A DNA stretch of 64,000 nt from an uncultured Gammaproteobacteria bacterium (GCA_964418775.1 CAYQNA010000004.1:14230-78229), one strand, 5' to 3'; counted from the stretch's first letter, positions 43,363 to 53,831 are shown. Notes: generated by a model not told the origin, from the sequence alone. Made by a program: numbers and translations.

Positions 43363-46314
43363 CTACTCCGTTTTAAGCAGATCATCCAACTCATTCTTAG
43401 TGATCCCAGTAGCATTAGCATTAGCCTTGATTTTTTTTGTAAACTCTTCGATGAAACCCAATTGAGCCTTAAAGGCATCCTCCGCCATAACCTTCTTCAT
43501 TTCCTTGAGAGCCTTAACATAGCTGGCCGCATTTCCACTGTTCACCTCAGCCTCATTCCATGAGGCGTGGATAGAACGTTCCATGGTTGTGATAGCGCGC
43601 TTATCCTTACCAGCATAGAGACCGGCAATTGCCGCCACACCACGATCAGAGAAACCACTAAGAACCTGTGAGCCATTGCGGTTTATTGAGTTACCAAAAG
43701 AGGTAACACGATCGACTTTTTGAGCACGGTCGGCGTAATACTTTGTATTACCAATCGAGTTGTCTGCAGCAGAATCCCATAAAAACTTAACTTTGCCATT
43801 TTCAACTACCTCCTTGACCAAACCAACACCTGACATGTCGCCCTTCATTGCTGCCCCTTTAAAGCCATCAGACAAAGCGCGCAAAGCAGCCTGCGCTTGC
43901 TCTTCGGTGAACATTGCCATCCACTCATTGATTGCGTCAGCTTCGGCACCAACATTAATTTTTTTACCCAACTGCCGCGATAACTCAGCCGCCAAACGAT
44001 TATCATCATTTATTTCACCACCTTCTGGTAAGAAATTAACTGCTTTCAAAGCCTTAAAACGACCATCACGCCCTGATTCAACGTCAGAATTAATATTTAC
44101 TGTTGCCAAAGCTACTTTTTGTCTCCGTAATTTTGCAATTTCATTGGGATCAGTGCTGGCGGCTAGCTTTTCTGCCAAAATTACTTCCTGTTCAGTGCGC
44201 TCCTTGTAGTTCAAATTTTGATAAAGTTCTTTATCTTTGCCCAAGCGCTGCACAGCTGCGGCTTTTCTAACCGCATCTGCACGCAACAAGTCACCGCGGC
44301 GATCATAAGCTTGAGCCCTGGACTCAGCCACTTGATCATTTAAATTCATTTGCTCTTCCTCACTCAAGTTCTTGACATCATACACGCCAGCCCTGCGACG
44401 TGCAGCTTCCTGTATTTTATCCGAGTCAATCTTAAGGGATTCCTTGGTACGCTCCAAACCAGCCTTAGCATCGTACACCCCAAGATCGCGTCTCTGTTCC
44501 TCTAACTGCACTTCAGAGTGCGCAGACAAAGTATCTTTAGCCTTCTCGGCACTTGCCTTGGCTTTAGCAATCGTTTTTTCCAACTCAGTTAATTTGCCGC
44601 CACCGCGCTTTTCCTCCTGATCAAGTATATAGCGTTCACCTTCAGCATATTTCTGGTCTTTCTTGGCACCAGCCATTTCTTCGGCCTTGTGTGCCAAAAT
44701 ACCCCAGTCAAGCTTGGCCCGACCACCGGCAGAATCACTGGTGCTGTAGTTTTCTTCGATATATGTCTTTTGGGCTTCAACGGCCTTTTCCCAGTCTTCG
44801 GACTTCTTGTCCGCGCGTCCGCTGGTTTGAATCACTGACGCACCAATCAAACGCAAACCACGCATAAACATACCCCCTGATTTGGCCTCAATCTCTGCTT
44901 TCTTTTCGTTGTACTGATCGTCGGTCAAATCGCCCATTGCCCGTTTCTTTTGCAAATCGCGAATTTTTTTGGTTGGGTCTTCCAAATTTTTAGCAATATT
45001 ATTCGCACCAATCGCGAGTTTACCAATTTGCATTTTGGCCATATTCCCATAATTGGTCAACGCGCGACCACCAAGCAGCGGCGCACCCCAAACGACCTTG
45101 CTTGCACCTGTTTTGAGCGTATCAGCACCCCGACCAGCAATCCACTGCCCCACCGCCACACCAGTCGCAATGGTGGCCGCTTTTTTACCAAATGACCAAG
45201 CATCCGAAATCATGTCACTACCCCACACACCAGTTTCTTCGGTTGTCTTTACGCCCACACGCAAAAACGCCAACGCAATCAGGAAGTTGGCCATGTTTTC
45301 CCAAGTACTGACTTTGGATAACGATAGCTTGGTTGGCTCATTACTATCCGCAAAATTTGCCCCAAACAGTTCAACGCTTTTAGTGCCGTCAATTTTATTA
45401 TTATCCGGAATCTCCTCCTGAATAGAGGCCAAAATTTGTCCAGTACCTAGGGTTGCAAACGCCAGCCACAAGAAAAACACCATGATTGGCGCTACAATGA
45501 CATTGTTTGTAAACTCACTCCACCATCGCTCGGCATACGACTGGGTCTTAGGCAAAACACCCAAAATATACGCCAATGGCGACAAAATAATCAGTGCCCA
45601 CAGACTGACCACGCGCGCCATCATTACATACACATACGAGCCCATGACAAAGGCAGCCATGATTGCAAACAACATTGCGACCATTGTACCAGCCAAAATT
45701 TCCACATTGAACTCGGTGTTCACATCCGGATTCACGCCCACCATTTGGGTAATCTGGTCAAGCTTAAACATGTTGATCAGGTTACCACCGGCAGTAGCCG
45801 AAATAGCGTTTAGGAACGTCATTGTAAACACGTGCGCCACGTCAATGAACAACTGAGCAATCAGGTTACTGAAGTTAATAAAAATCGCGGCAAAAATCAG
45901 CTTTACCAGATTCTTTTTCCACTCATACTCCTCGAGTCCCAAAATAGTACCGAACGCAATCACCAGTAGTGCAACTACAAAGAACATGTTGGCCACATCG
46001 CGCACCATAACCCAACCTAACTGGACCACATCAACGTCAATGTAATTATTATAACTAGCAATCGCAATGAAAAAGCGCAAAAAAAATATGGACAGCCCAA
46101 TCGACAAGTTGGCAATCGCCAACCCAATTTGGGCCAAGCTATTAATTAACCAATTTACACCCCCTTCTATAAGCTCTGCACTAACCGGCTTAATCGACAC
46201 TAAAAGAAGTACTGTAATCACAGACGCAAAAAACGCCCAGCCAAAACGAGACTTAAGCGTGGTTGGCCACACTGCGCGAAGTTTTTCGAGCGTCAGAGCA
46301 AAAGCGTGCCGCAT
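43363..46314 (-). CDS. VirB6/TrbL-like polytopic membrane protein with long C-terminal coiled-coil region
   Basis: GWVMVRDVANMFF...IAFGTIL...LIFAAIFINFS, R.V.LW.LIILSPLA; charged helical tail of about 550 aa. Confidence 0.8.
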   Translation of the reverse strand: MRHAFALTLEKLRAVWPTTLKSRFGWAFFASVITVLLLVSIKPVSAELIEGGVNWLINSLAQIGLAIANLSIGLSIFFLRFFIAIASYNNYIDVDVVQLGWVMVRDVANMFFVVALLVIAFGTILGLEEYEWKKNLVKLIFAAIFINFSNLIAQLFIDVAHVFTMTFLNAISATAGGNLINMFKLDQITQMVGVNPDVNTEFNVEILAGTMVAMLFAIMAAFVMGSYVYVMMARVVSLWALIILSPLAYILGVLPKTQSYAERWWSEFTNNVIVAPIMVFFLWLAFATLGTGQILASIQEEIPDNNKIDGTKSVELFGANFADSNEPTKLSLSKVSTWENMANFLIALAFLRVGVKTTEETGVWGSDMISDAWSFGKKAATIATGVAVGQWIAGRGADTLKTGASKVVWGAPLLGGRALTNYGNMAKMQIGKLAIGANNIAKNLEDPTKKIRDLQKKRAMGDLTDDQYNEKKAEIEAKSGGMFMRGLRLIGASVIQTSGRADKKSEDWEKAVEAQKTYIEENYSTSDSAGGRAKLDWGILAHKAEEMAGAKKDQKYAEGERYILDQEEKRGGGKLTELEKTIAKAKASAEKAKDTLSAHSEVQLEEQRRDLGVYDAKAGLERTKESLKIDSDKIQEAARRRAGVYDVKNLSEEEQMNLNDQVAESRAQAYDRRGDLLRADAVRKAAAVQRLGKDKELYQNLNYKERTEQEVILAEKLAASTDPNEIAKLRRQKVALATVNINSDVESGRDGRFKALKAVNFLPEGGEINDDNRLAAELSRQLGKKINVGAEADAINEWMAMFTEEQAQAALRALSDGFKGAAMKGDMSGVGLVKEVVENGKVKFLWDSAADNSIGNTKYYADRAQKVDRVTSFGNSINRNGSQVLSGFSDRGVAAIAGLYAGKDKRAITTMERSIHASWNEAEVNSGNAASYVKALKEMKKVMAEDAFKAQLGFIEEFTKKIKANANATGITKNELDDLLKTE

Positions 46315-46390
46315 GCAAAAAAAATTAGATGACAGTAGTATATCACATTCTAATTTTCCGTACTACTCGCAACGAGAACTTCAACCCTAC

Positions 46391-47425
46391 TTATGCACAC
46401 TTTCGAAGCTTGGCAATATAAAAGCCCTCGATGTCACGGGTTGGATTGATACGAAGTGTATTTTTTAAAGCCACAGGAAAGTCTTTGTCTTTCCAGCTTT
46501 TCAAGGCTGGTAATGGTTGGGCCATGGGCACTGTAATTGGCTCAACCGAAACATCAGGGAAACGCTCGAGTAAGCGAGCAATCTGAACTTCATTCTCTTC
46601 GGGCGCAAATGTGCACGTAGAATACACTAGCGTCCCGCCTGGTTTAAGCGCCCCCCAGGCCGCAAACAACAAACTGCGTTGCTTAAACGCCATTTCCTTA
46701 ATTTTGCGCTCGCTCCAATAGCCAAACGTCTTAGGGTCACCCTCGACAAATCGGGCTTCGGCACTACAGGGTGCATCAAGCAGAATTTTATCAAAATAAT
46801 TCGGATATTCACGGCACAGGTCAGCCCCATGCTCCAACCGAAGTGTGAATTTCCAGTCCCCATCCTCGGGTTTGGGCACACCATCGCCCACACCCAGGAG
46901 TTCCATGTTGTGTTTAAGCTTAAAAAACCGCACTTTATTATTATCATTGGCCACTAATTCACCCCGGCGCCCCATCATGGCCGCCATTTGTGAAGTTTTG
47001 CTGCCCGGAGCTGCAGTCAGATCCAAAACCTTCTCGCCTGGTTGTGGATCAAGCACCAGTGGTGGCGACATGCTCGCCAAACTTTGAATGTAAATCTTGC
47101 CGTCCAAATACGTTTGGGTTTCAGTCAGTTCGCGCTTTGTCCGACTGCGCAAAACATACGCGTCCGCATACCATGGCACACGCTCGAGCTTAAACCCATC
47201 TTGCTGCAAATACTGCACCAGTTGGTCTGGTTGTTTTTTGCCATATGCATCCACTGCGACTGACACCTTAAGACGGTTGATGCGTAATGTAGTCGGCCGT
47301 GTCACAAACGTGGCCCGCGCCTGCGCAGCCAAAGACGGCCCGACCATGGTGTCGAGCCGCTCCGCAAACCCCTCGGGCAAACTGCCCACTGATTTTCCGT
47401 TGTTTTTGCCTTTGCCCTTCCCCAT
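46391..47425 (-). CDS. RsmB/RsmF/NOP2 family RNA m5C methyltransferase
   Basis: VLDLTAAPGSKT, ILLDAPCS, LVYSTCT..PEENE. Confidence 0.93.
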   Translation of the reverse strand: MGKGKGKNNGKSVGSLPEGFAERLDTMVGPSLAAQARATFVTRPTTLRINRLKVSVAVDAYGKKQPDQLVQYLQQDGFKLERVPWYADAYVLRSRTKRELTETQTYLDGKIYIQSLASMSPPLVLDPQPGEKVLDLTAAPGSKTSQMAAMMGRRGELVANDNNKVRFFKLKHNMELLGVGDGVPKPEDGDWKFTLRLEHGADLCREYPNYFDKILLDAPCSAEARFVEGDPKTFGYWSERKIKEMAFKQRSLLFAAWGALKPGGTLVYSTCTFAPEENEVQIARLLERFPDVSVEPITVPMAQPLPALKSWKDKDFPVALKNTLRINPTRDIEGFYIAKLRKCA

Positions 47426-47426
47426 A

Positions 47427-48725
47427 TTATGGGCGCATGCGGTTAAGCATACGTGGGAATGGAATTGTTTCACGAATATGGTGCACACCCGTAATCCAGC
47501 GGATCGTACGTTCCAAACCAATTCCAAAACCACTGTGTTCTACAGAGCCAAATTTGCGTGTGTTCAAATACCACTCATACTCAGCCTGCGGATAATTACG
47601 TGTCACAATTTCGTTGAGGAGCACATCATAGCTCGTCTCGCGCTGACTACCACCAATAATTTCCCGACCTTCTTCGGGTGCGATCAAGTCGGCGTTACGT
47701 GCACGTTTTACCCCATCTTCGTCCACATAGCTCTTCATGTAAAACGCCTTGACGGCAAATGGATAATCCTCAATAAAAATCGGCAATTGGTACTTGTTGC
47801 CCAAATAAATCTCTTCTTCGGTGGCCATGTCATCGAGCGGGTCAACCTTGATACCGTCAGCCGCCAAAATCGCTTTGGCTTCTTTGTGCTTAAGGTGTAT
47901 AAATGGTTCGTTTACCAAGCGCTGCAAAATCGTGGTGTCGCGTTCCAAAATTTTTAATTCTTCCGAACAATTCGCGAGTACATCTTCAACAATACGTTTT
48001 ACCATGCGTTCCTGCACATCCATGTTGGCCACTTGGTCGCCGAACGCCATTTCCGCGTCCATCATCCAGAGTTCAGACAAGTGGTGGCGCGTCTTGCTTT
48101 TTTCGGCGCGGAACACTGGCCCAAAGTCATACACTTTTCCAAATGCCATAATGCCAGCCTCGCTGTACAATTGGCCAGATTGCGTCAAATACATTGGCTC
48201 GCCATAGTAATCGAGCTGGAACAACTGTGTTGTATCCTCGCAACTTGTCGGTTGCAAAATTGGCGTATCAAAACGCAAGAAACCTTCTTCGTGGAAGAAA
48301 TTTGTAATCGACAAAAATACTTGATTGCGAATGCGCAGTACGGCCCACGGTGTTTTAGCACGCAAATACAGGTCGCGGTTATCGAACAAAAATTCCGGAC
48401 CATGTTCTTTGTGTGCAATCGGATATTCCGGTGCAATTTGCAAAACCTCGACTTCGTTTACCTGCAGCTCGTACACATTTTCCTTTTTTGGGTGCTTGGA
48501 AACTTCACCTGTCACCTTGAGCGACGATTCCTGGGTCAGCTTGGTCACATTTTCCCACACCTCAGCTTGTACCGAATCCTTGGCTACCACAGCCTGAATA
48601 AAGCCCGACCCATCACGTATTTCCAAAAACGCAATCGAGCCCGACGAACGCGAGTTATACAACCAGCCCTGCAAAGTCACGGTTTGGCCCACAAACTGGG
48701 CAATTTTGCTAATTTCAGTCACCAT
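47427..48725 (-). CDS. asnS: Asparagine--tRNA ligase
   Basis: OB fold, YLTQSGQLY, FRAEKSKTRHHLSE, EIIGGSQRE, HSGFGIGLER. Confidence 0.95.
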   Translation of the reverse strand: MVTEISKIAQFVGQTVTLQGWLYNSRSSGSIAFLEIRDGSGFIQAVVAKDSVQAEVWENVTKLTQESSLKVTGEVSKHPKKENVYELQVNEVEVLQIAPEYPIAHKEHGPEFLFDNRDLYLRAKTPWAVLRIRNQVFLSITNFFHEEGFLRFDTPILQPTSCEDTTQLFQLDYYGEPMYLTQSGQLYSEAGIMAFGKVYDFGPVFRAEKSKTRHHLSELWMMDAEMAFGDQVANMDVQERMVKRIVEDVLANCSEELKILERDTTILQRLVNEPFIHLKHKEAKAILAADGIKVDPLDDMATEEEIYLGNKYQLPIFIEDYPFAVKAFYMKSYVDEDGVKRARNADLIAPEEGREIIGGSQRETSYDVLLNEIVTRNYPQAEYEWYLNTRKFGSVEHSGFGIGLERTIRWITGVHHIRETIPFPRMLNRMRP

Positions 48726-48772
48726 AAAAACAAATAAGAATGCAGGTATCCTAGCCCAAAACCCGCAATAAT

Positions 48773-49525
48773 TCAAGCCCAGTTCCGCAAGCCTAACTCC
48801 GAATGATACTGTGCAAAACTAAAAATAATTTGATGCAAAATTTGCGACTCATTTTCGTCTGGCACCCACTCCCCTAACTTTGGCCACTCGGTTTGATATA
48901 GCCACACCAGCCGATACACCAGGTCAATGTCGAGCCAGAAAAAATTACCTTGTTCGTACACGTCTGGGTGCGCCCCGCACACCAAACCACCAGCTGGCAC
49001 AGAAAAACCAACCCGACGGCGCTCGCTAGCTTCAATTGCTTCGCGCATTAAATCACTGACCGGGCGGACGCAAACCAAACATTGATTAAGTTCAGCCGTA
49101 AAACCTAACAAAGCCAACAAACGCAAAGCCAACGCATCAACGATCAGCGGTGGTACTACCTCGACTCTATCCAAATACGCGAGCCACTCTTTTAATAAAC
49201 TAAAAATCTGGCGGTCTGGCACACGTTCACCCAGTACATGATTGGCAAACGCCACCCCCTGTCCCAGCCGTTTTATGTGCGCCAGGTCACGGCGCGCGCC
49301 AAATGACGCGGCCACAGTTTGGGTTTTAGCTAAATGCAAGCGCTCGCGCCCCGGAATTAACGCACACTCGATAATTGTCCCAGGCTCTACATGTGCAGAC
49401 TGCCGGCTCGTAATTTTTTTATTGCTGCGTGCCAAGGCCTCGACTTTGCCAAGCTCATACGCAAACAAAGTCACGGCTTCATCAAACTCGCGCACTGGCC
49501 GGCGCGCCAGCACAATGGCCTGCAT
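48773..49525 (-). CDS. recO: DNA repair protein RecO
   Basis: AIVL.RRPVREFD..VTLF..ELGKV, plus CLVC...GGLVC zinc-finger region. Confidence 0.88.
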   Translation of the reverse strand: MQAIVLARRPVREFDEAVTLFAYELGKVEALARSNKKITSRQSAHVEPGTIIECALIPGRERLHLAKTQTVAASFGARRDLAHIKRLGQGVAFANHVLGERVPDRQIFSLLKEWLAYLDRVEVVPPLIVDALALRLLALLGFTAELNQCLVCVRPVSDLMREAIEASERRRVGFSVPAGGLVCGAHPDVYEQGNFFWLDIDLVYRLVWLYQTEWPKLGEWVPDENESQILHQIIFSFAQYHSELGLRNWA

Positions 49526-49526
49526 A

Positions 49527-49886
49527 TTACCGCTGATCCAAAAAGGACTGAAGAATAATCATGGCTGATTTTTCGTCGCGCGATGCGCCCTCGGCACCCA
49601 TACGCGCGGCTGCGGCTGTGGAAAAACGTTCATCAACAAATTGCACAGGTGCCAAATTTTCCAATTGTGCACCAATCGCGCGCACCTCACTCACCCATTC
49701 AGTTTCACCAGCCTCCAAATCGAGCGGCAAACCAATTACGACCTGCGTAATTTTTTCTTTGGCAATAATATCGCGCACTTCATCCACACTTGCCACCACC
49801 CCAAACGGCAACACCACACCCAAACCCGGCTCGCACCAAGCCAGACCCCAGCGCTTTTTACCCACATCAATCGCCAAAATACTCAT
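49527..49886 (-). CDS. ruvX: YqgF/RuvX family nuclease
   Basis: ILAIDVGKKRWGLA, VIGLP, DERFST, DEKSAMIILQ. Confidence 0.93.
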   Translation of the reverse strand: MSILAIDVGKKRWGLAWCEPGLGVVLPFGVVASVDEVRDIIAKEKITQVVIGLPLDLEAGETEWVSEVRAIGAQLENLAPVQFVDERFSTAAAARMGAEGASRDEKSAMIILQSFLDQR

Positions 49887-49887
49887 A

Positions 49888-50691
49888 CTACTTTTCGCTA
49901 GGTCGACGCGTCACTACCTGCGGTCCATCTTTGGTAATAATAATCGTGTGTTCAAAATGCGCATTCCACTTGCGGTCGGTTGGCAAAATGGTCCATTTAT
50001 CCGGGCCGATTGTGACCTTGTGCGTACCCAACGTAATCATTGGCTCAATCGCAATCACAACCCCTGGCTGCAAAATCCAAGTTTCCAAATCAGCATCATA
50101 ATAATTAGGCACGCGGGGCTCTTCGTGCACAGCATGACCAACCCCATGACCCACTAAATCGCGCACAATCCCATATTTCCCCTGGCTATGCACATACTGC
50201 TCAATCGCTCGCCCAATGTCCGCCACGGTTTTACCCGGCTGCGCGGCCGCAATTCCCATTTCCATTGATTGGCGTGTGACCGCAAGCAACTTTTTTATTT
50301 CTTCGGAAACCTCACCAACTGGAATTGTCAGGGCCGTGTCTGTAAAAAAACCTTTTTTGCCCGCCACTGGCGCTGGATATTGCATGCCAATATCCAAACT
50401 AATAATATCGCCAGACTGAATAATTTTTTCTTTGGTGGCAATGCCGTGAACTAATTCCTCATTACGCGAAAAACAGAGTGTTGACGGAAAGGCCGGATCA
50501 CTCCGGTGCGACTTATAGCCCTTGAACGCTGGCACACCGCCAGCGGCGCGAATTAATCGTTCAGCCTCAACATCAATTTCCCAGGCACTCACACCTGGTT
50601 TAACCATGGTCGACAATTGATCCAAAATTTCGCCCATGATTTGACCGCCCTCAGCAATCAATTGTAATTCAGCGGGTTTTTTGATGTACAT
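49888..50691 (-). CDS. map: Methionine aminopeptidase type I
   Basis: HGI, DIG, GHGVG.AVHEEP, AIEPM, AHFEHT. Confidence 0.96.
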   Translation of the reverse strand: MYIKKPAELQLIAEGGQIMGEILDQLSTMVKPGVSAWEIDVEAERLIRAAGGVPAFKGYKSHRSDPAFPSTLCFSRNEELVHGIATKEKIIQSGDIISLDIGMQYPAPVAGKKGFFTDTALTIPVGEVSEEIKKLLAVTRQSMEMGIAAAQPGKTVADIGRAIEQYVHSQGKYGIVRDLVGHGVGHAVHEEPRVPNYYDADLETWILQPGVVIAIEPMITLGTHKVTIGPDKWTILPTDRKWNAHFEHTIIITKDGPQVVTRRPSEK

Positions 50692-50699
50692 AATTCTAC

Positions 50700-51362
50700 T
50701 TATTCCAAAACTTTAGCAATATCAACAGCTACATGTTCAATATCTTGCGTGGCATCAACCGTAGCAAGCACACCGCAACTCTCGTAAAAATCAACCAGTG
50801 GCTTAAGCGCCGCATTACCCTGGTCACGCAAACGTTCGCGCACAACTTCGGGCTGGTCATCAGGACGTTTAACTACTGGCGCCTGACACTTTGGACACTT
50901 CGTTAACTCCGGCTCGCCAGCTTCTGGATAAGTCAAAATAAAATTGCACTGCGTGCACACGCCGCGACGCGACAAACGGATTACACTCACTTCATCAGGC
51001 ATGGACAAATGAATCGCTTGCACTTCATTTACTAAATCACTGGTTTCGAAAAACTTCTGGTACTGCTGGGCCTGTTCCAAATTGCGAATCGCACCATCCA
51101 AAATCACTCCGCGACCAGCGGCAATTTCCTGCGTAATCTCGTGGAATACCAAACGGTAAATCAATTCATTATCAACCAAATGACCACTCTTCATAGCCGC
51201 AATCTTGGCTTTGTCTGCTGGGTCAGCGTTTGGGTCAGCATCGAGTCTGCGCAAAAGCACGCCCGTAGAAATATGTCGGTGGCCAAATTTTTCCGTAATA
51301 AAGCTGGCTTGCGTTCCCTTTCCGCTACCAGGGATTCCCAGCAGCACCACGATCTTTTTCAT
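50700..51362 (-). CDS. adk: Adenylate kinase with Zn lid
   Basis: GIPGSGKGTQ, HISTG, CTQC...CPKC, RPDD. Confidence 0.92.
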   Translation of the reverse strand: MKKIVVLLGIPGSGKGTQASFITEKFGHRHISTGVLLRRLDADPNADPADKAKIAAMKSGHLVDNELIYRLVFHEITQEIAAGRGVILDGAIRNLEQAQQYQKFFETSDLVNEVQAIHLSMPDEVSVIRLSRRGVCTQCNFILTYPEAGEPELTKCPKCQAPVVKRPDDQPEVVRERLRDQGNAALKPLVDFYESCGVLATVDATQDIEHVAVDIAKVLE

Positions 51363-51712
51363 TGCTGTGTAAAAAAATGTTTAAACGCGTCACGTACGGC
51401 CCAGTGGTCATTTTTACTGATTTTTCCCTGGGTTACCAGACGCTGCAGAGCTTGGTCAATTTGGCGCAACGATACAAAGCCATCGTTACCACGAACCTGC
51501 AAAATTGCCTCGTGGATAACGTGCTGCTCCTCGGCCGTAAGGGTCGAAATATGGGCCCGAGACACCAAATGGTGAACATCGAGCTCAGACAGGGCCCGAG
51601 CCTGGCCAGAGTACTGGTCAGAGCCAGTGCCAAACAAAAAACTCATGAAACCCATACCACTTAAAAAATCGCTTAAATTAGCGAATTTATAGGCAATACG
51701 CTCCTTATCCAC
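51359..51712 (-). CDS. Hypothetical protein (start uncertain)
   Basis: Stop overlaps the adk start (ATG/TGA). Confidence 0.55.
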   Translation of the reverse strand: MDKERIAYKFANLSDFLSGMGFMSFLFGTGSDQYSGQARALSELDVHHLVSRAHISTLTAEEQHVIHEAILQVRGNDGFVSLRQIDQALQRLVTQGKISKNDHWAVRDAFKHFFTQQ

Positions 51713-51747
51713 GGCAAGCGGAGGCAGTATAGCAGAACATTCCTACA

Positions 51748-51776
51748 TTGACAAATCCCCCATTTTGGGGTATACT
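51748..51776 (+). promoter_or_regulatory. Near-consensus sigma70 promoter with a C-tract/G-tract palindrome in the spacer
   Basis: TTGACA-AATCCCCCATTTTGGGG-TATACT. Confidence 0.8.
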
Positions 51777-51842
51777 ATGAGGTCCGTTTTAAAGTCGAAA
51801 GACAGTCAGTCAACCCAATCAACGGACACAGGAGGAGAGCCC

Positions 51843-52316
51843 GTGATAACCCCGAGTCGACAGCTACCCCCACCGCCAGGTGGGGACTCCGGGGGGCCGA
51901 TCACGGTCCCCTTCCGCCCCCCGACCGAGGCGGAGATCCGCAAAATCGTGGCCGAGGAGCTGAAAAAACAGGCTACCGAGGCGAAGGCAAAGACCCAGCG
52001 AGAAAAAGACGAGGCCAGCCTCGAGGAGGCAGTGGCAACGGCCGATCACACGGCGTCCATGAGGACAGCGTGGGCAGTCTGCTTCTGGGCGTTCCTCGCC
52101 GCAGCCGTGATCGTAGCCATCGTTGGGCTGTGCATGCTCAAGTTCGGCTACATCCTGTACACGGCCCTCCTCGGGGGCGTCGCCCGCCTGTTCTACGCGT
52201 GGAACAAAAGGGCCGACCGCGCTTGGTCGACTTTGACAGGTGACGTGAACGCCCGACACGAAAAGCTCCACGGCGGACACGGCCACGGCGGCGGGGACCA
52301 CAAGCCCCACAAGTAG
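51843..52316 (+). CDS. GC-rich orphan two-TM membrane protein with His-rich C-terminus
   Basis: AGGAGG SD before GTG at 51843; two TM segments; ends HEKLHGGHGHGGGDHKPHK. Confidence 0.7.
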   Translation: MITPSRQLPPPPGGDSGGPITVPFRPPTEAEIRKIVAEELKKQATEAKAKTQREKDEASLEEAVATADHTASMRTAWAVCFWAFLAAAVIVAIVGLCMLKFGYILYTALLGGVARLFYAWNKRADRAWSTLTGDVNARHEKLHGGHGHGGGDHKPHK

Positions 52317-52466
52317 CGCGACGCGCACCGGACAGGTCTGCTAGGTAGCAGCTGTCGCAACGGCACGCGACACGTGAACGGAGTGGAGCGAGAACAACCG
52401 ATTCCTCGACCCATTCCCACGAGTAACAAAACATTTGTTGCTGGTGGGAGTCGAGAAATCGTAAAT

Positions 52467-52494
52467 ATAAAACCCCGAGCGATCGGGGTTTTAT
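52467..52494. terminator. Bidirectional terminator between secY and the orphan gene
   Basis: ATAAAACCCCGA-GCGA-TCGGGGTTTTAT with T-rich runs on both strands. Confidence 0.8.
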
Positions 52495-52515
52495 TATTGT
52501 TATTTTTTTTAGGCT

Positions 52516-53787
52516 TTAAACGCGGTCGTACTCGTACATGGTCATTTGCGCGTCGATTTGTTTGGCAGTTTCAATGGCCACACTCACAACGATAAGCAAA
52601 CTCGTACCACCAATCACGAGCGACTGTGAACCAGTGAACGCACGCACAAGGAGTGGTAAAATCGCGATGATGCCCAAGAACAACGCACCTGGGAACAACA
52701 AACGATTCATGGTCTTGGCAATGTAAGTCTCAGTTTCTTTACCAGGACGAACACCTGGGATAAACGCACCCTGACGTTGCAAGTTCTCGGCCATTTTTTG
52801 TGGCTGGAATACAACCGACGTGTAGAAATACGTGAACCCAAACACCATGACAAAGTACAAGATACCGTAGAACAGCTGGTTGTTGAAAAGCTGAATCACC
52901 TCGGCAGCAGCGCGACCAACCCAACCTGGGTTATTCACAAAGAATTGTGCCACGAGTGGTGGAAAGAGCACAACCGAAATTGCAAAGATAATTGGAATCA
53001 CACCAGCCATGTTTACGCGGAGTGGCAAGTGACTCTTGGTACCACCAAAAAAGCGGTTGCCCTGCACCTGCTTGGCATAATTGATTGGAATATTACGTTG
53101 ACCTTCGCTAATCACCACCACGCCAACAATGGTCACCACAGCCATGACTGCAAACAAAATATAGGTGAGCAAGTCAGAGGCATTGTAGTTTACAAACAAA
53201 GTTTGCAACTGCGTTGGCAAGGCCGAGACGATACCAGCGAAGATGAGGAGTGACAAACCATTACCAATTTTGCGCTCGGTAATAATTTCGCCAAGCCACA
53301 TGAGGAACACAGTACCCGCAGTCACCGTGAGCAAAATGCCCATGAACTGCCAGGTATTCAAATCACCAAGCAAACCAGCTTGCTGCTGACGGAGCAATTT
53401 GATCATGCTAAAACCCTGTAAAAACGCGAGTGGCACCGTAGCCAAACGAGTATACATGTTGATTTTTTGCTGACCAGACTCCCCTTCTTTGGAGATTTCT
53501 TCCAAGCGAGGCACCACCATGGTAAGGAGTTGGAAAATAATCGAAGCCGTGATGTATGGACCAACGCCCATGAGCACGATTGAAAAATTTTCCATTGTAC
53601 CACCCGAGAACAAGTTCAAGAGGCCCAAAAATTGGTTACTCTCGAGCACGCGCTGGAGTGCACCTGGGTTAACCCCAGGAACTGGAATATGAGCGGCCGC
53701 GCGGAACACGACCAACATCAGGAGAACAAACAAAATATTGTTGCGCAGGGCCTTGATTTTCCAAATGCGCTGGAATTTTTCCCACAT
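52516..53787 (-). CDS. secY: Preprotein translocase SecY
   Basis: HIPVPG, GVGPYITASII, IGNGLSL.IFAGI, AGVIPIIFA, IPGVRPG, GGTSLLIVV. Confidence 0.98.
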   Translation of the reverse strand: MWEKFQRIWKIKALRNNILFVLLMLVVFRAAAHIPVPGVNPGALQRVLESNQFLGLLNLFSGGTMENFSIVLMGVGPYITASIIFQLLTMVVPRLEEISKEGESGQQKINMYTRLATVPLAFLQGFSMIKLLRQQQAGLLGDLNTWQFMGILLTVTAGTVFLMWLGEIITERKIGNGLSLLIFAGIVSALPTQLQTLFVNYNASDLLTYILFAVMAVVTIVGVVVISEGQRNIPINYAKQVQGNRFFGGTKSHLPLRVNMAGVIPIIFAISVVLFPPLVAQFFVNNPGWVGRAAAEVIQLFNNQLFYGILYFVMVFGFTYFYTSVVFQPQKMAENLQRQGAFIPGVRPGKETETYIAKTMNRLLFPGALFLGIIAILPLLVRAFTGSQSLVIGGTSLLIVVSVAIETAKQIDAQMTMYEYDRV

Positions 53788-53831
53788 ACGCGATAATCAA
53801 TAAACAGGCCGGACTAGGCCGGCCTGATGTT

